DNA of 64,000 nt, taken from positions 38,455 through 102,454 of the forward strand of contig JAWOCD010000092.1 of the NCBI GenBank assembly GCA_046483985.1, read 5' to 3'. The notes beneath the pieces are model-generated. The model worked only from the letters and a program-made list of their open reading frames with translations, did no database searches and was not told the origin of the DNA. Position 1 is the first letter of the stretch; every line of letters begins with the position of its first letter. Position numbers and translations under genes: made by a program. Origin of the DNA: Promethearchaeia archaeon (GTDB lineage Archaea; Asgardarchaeota; Lokiarchaeia; Sigyniarchaeales; SOKP01). Positions 62,227-64,000 of the stretch are shown here, in pieces.

Positions 62227-64000
62227 TTATTTGTCAGATTTTAATTTAACGGTGAGATCTCTAGCCCGTTTGGAGTACCATACTAAGAGCTCTCCCGCAT
62301 CTTCTGGTTTAAAGTATTCTCCGCCACAAAGCTGAGCCGCTCTTTTCATGAGTTTATCGTCTGGATTGCCTAACCCAAGAATATAAATTACCACGTTCGG
62401 ATTTTGGGAGAACATCTTTATCGCATCCAAAAATTCATCGGGGTCGGTCGGAATTCCATCAGTGAGCAAGATAATCATCGTAGGTTGGTCAGGATTCATT
62501 TTTTCGAATTCAAATAGCACTTCTTGAGCTGATAACATAGCCATACCCATATTAGTCGCTTGTCCGTATGCATTTCCAATCCTATCCACAATCATTCGTG
62601 CTGCATCTTCAAGCACACCTTTTTTCCCGCTGGCACTATCCATATAGAAGGAGTCCCCAAACGGAAGGACTTGCGCTTCATCGGCAAATCGAATAACGGA
62701 TACCTTCTCACCGAAGCCTCTTCCAACTTTTTCACTCAAAAAGAGCACGGCCGCAAATGCGGCAGAGATACGTCGTGGAACATTAACTCCGTCCTTGAAG
62801 TTTTTCAAGAATTCTTGAATCTCTTTCGACTGCATCGCCGCTTTAATTCCTTCAATAGCCGGAGCAATATTCGTCACGAGCACATCCCTTGCCATCATTG
62901 ATCGGCTAATATCAATTATCAAGATTGCATTAAACGGAACTAGACCAGTCGGTTTCAAGGAAATGGTGGTATTAGGAGTTACTTGAGCGAGCACATCACC
63001 CGTTAGATCTGGGACAGTATCTAAAATCGAACATGCAATATTCACAGACTTCCAGCGTAATTTGATGCCTTTAAAGATAATATAATTTGAGATCCAACCT
63101 TTTAAGGATTCAATATTCTCTCTTGCGACTTTGATAATTTCCCACATATTTTCTCCACTAATAGGAGAGATTCCTAAAGAAATGCTTTGGAGGGGCAATA
63201 TTTTCCTTTGATTTTTAGAGACAGTAACTTCAAAACTTCCAATTCCCGATGCATCTAAGATTTCTTGATCTATCACGATCACATTGTCCGGGAGAGATTC
63301 ATCAATCTTCACTTTACTTGCGCCGACTGCACCCGTCAATTCATCCTCAAACGCCAGCACATTATCTGCTTGGATATCCAATGTGTGTTGAGTCCGGGGA
63401 GCTACTTTACAATATCCATTTAATCCAGGTTGGCCTTGAACTTCGAGTGATACTTCTGAGGCTTTCTCAATTGGAGGTTCCGTCGAATATACAACGATTT
63501 GATCCGCCTCAATATTCGTATCTTCTTTCGTATCTTCACTCATTCGAATTTCTTGATCGTTAATCGGGGCTTGCGTAATTCGCGCCGAACCTTCTGATCT
63601 TGTCAAAGGACATTCCCACCCGATTAACATTCCCTGTCCTAACCCAAGCTTTTGAAGGTTTGCGGGACTAATTTTTATCCGACCCCCCTCGATTTTATTA
63701 TCAACAACCGGCTTTAAGACTATCCCATTTTTTTGATCTGCCAAAATATTCGCGTCAATTTTATTCGGATAGGGTTCAGCAGGTGCTACCGAGGATGGGG
63801 TTGATGATAATTGACCAGGTTGTTGCGTACCTGGTTGTGAGTGTTTTCTCTGACCCAATTGTTGGGGACTTGGCTGTGGTTGGGGACTTGGCTGTGGTTG
63901 GGGACTTGGCTGTGGTTGGGGACTTGGCTGTGGTTGGGGACTTGGCTGTGGTTGGGGACTTGGCTGTGGTTGGGGACTTGGCTGTGGTTGGGGACTTGGC
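62227..64000 (-). CDS. Pro/Gln-repeat + CDC48/NSF N-domain-like + vWA domain protein (5'-truncated by window edge)
   Basis: Frame is open to the window end through (QPSPQP)n. Two double-psi-barrel-like units and a CDC48_2-like subdomain; MIDAS DISRS...ATNMG...LLTDG. Confidence 0.75.
   Translation of the reverse strand, partial: PSPQPQPSPQPQPSPQPQPSPQPQPSPQPQPSPQPQPSPQPQPSPQQLGQRKHSQPGTQQPGQLSSTPSSVAPAEPYPNKIDANILADQKNGIVLKPVVDNKIEGGRIKISPANLQKLGLGQGMLIGWECPLTRSEGSARITQAPINDQEIRMSEDTKEDTNIEADQIVVYSTEPPIEKASEVSLEVQGQPGLNGYCKVAPRTQHTLDIQADNVLAFEDELTGAVGASKVKIDESLPDNVIVIDQEILDASGIGSFEVTVSKNQRKILPLQSISLGISPISGENMWEIIKVARENIESLKGWISNYIIFKGIKLRWKSVNIACSILDTVPDLTGDVLAQVTPNTTISLKPTGLVPFNAILIIDISRSMMARDVLVTNIAPAIEGIKAAMQSKEIQEFLKNFKDGVNVPRRISAAFAAVLFLSEKVGRGFGEKVSVIRFADEAQVLPFGDSFYMDSASGKKGVLEDAARMIVDRIGNAYGQATNMGMAMLSAQEVLFEFEKMNPDQPTMIILLTDGIPTDPDEFLDAIKMFSQNPNVVIYILGLGNPDDKLMKRAAQLCGGEYFKPEDAGELLVWYSKRARDLTVKLKSDK
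63861..64000 (-). repeat. Perfect 18-bp coding tandem repeat (QPSPQP) x at least 7.8
   Basis: gttggggacttggctgtg repeated to the window edge. Confidence 0.95.

Noticed and set aside
63861-64000. Possible CRISPR array or telomere-like repeat
   Set aside because: Head-to-tail 18-bp units with no spacers; in frame with the vWA gene as QPSPQP.
62227-64000. Sec23/Sec24 homolog (Pro-rich N-terminus + vWA)
   Set aside because: No Zn finger before the vWA and no beta-barrel, helical or gelsolin domains after it.

Overview
AT-rich archaeal chromosomal DNA, most likely an Asgard archaeon of the Lokiarchaeia/Promethearchaeota type. This is inferred from gene content: an actin-related protein, roadblock/LC7, an MglA-like GTPase, a Loki-CTERM-like sorting signal, a BHB-intron tRNA, aCPSF1 and a bacterial-type gyrase. 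About 47 CDS are supportable. Housekeeping and metabolic genes include aCPSF1, hisA, gatA/gatB, cofE-like, folP, gyrB, gyrA (with a 476-aa LAGLIDADG intein directly after the catalytic Tyr), two tungsten AORs, an Fe-ADH, a LarA-like protein, a sugar isomerase, a GH63-like hydrolase and an orphan DNA methyltransferase. There is one intron-containing tRNA-Gln(CUG). No CRISPR array, rRNA or intact transposase was seen. The best candidate for an undescribed system is the right-hand 11 kb. It holds a co-directional, tightly spaced cluster (AbrB-ACT regulator, acidic/helical protein, divergent actin-related protein, catalytically dead CHAT/caspase-fold solenoid protein, HKD-less PLD-fold protein). 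The cluster converges on a TrmB-family protein with a ~600-aa rod of 8x35-aa plus 8x37-aa helical repeats, and is preceded by a Pro/Gln-repeat-CDC48N-vWA protein. A second strong candidate is a 797-aa Zn-finger/UFL1-DDRGK-PCI-like winged-helix protein fused to a coat-adaptor (GAE+platform) appendage. All domain calls are by-eye motif recognition; no searches were run.
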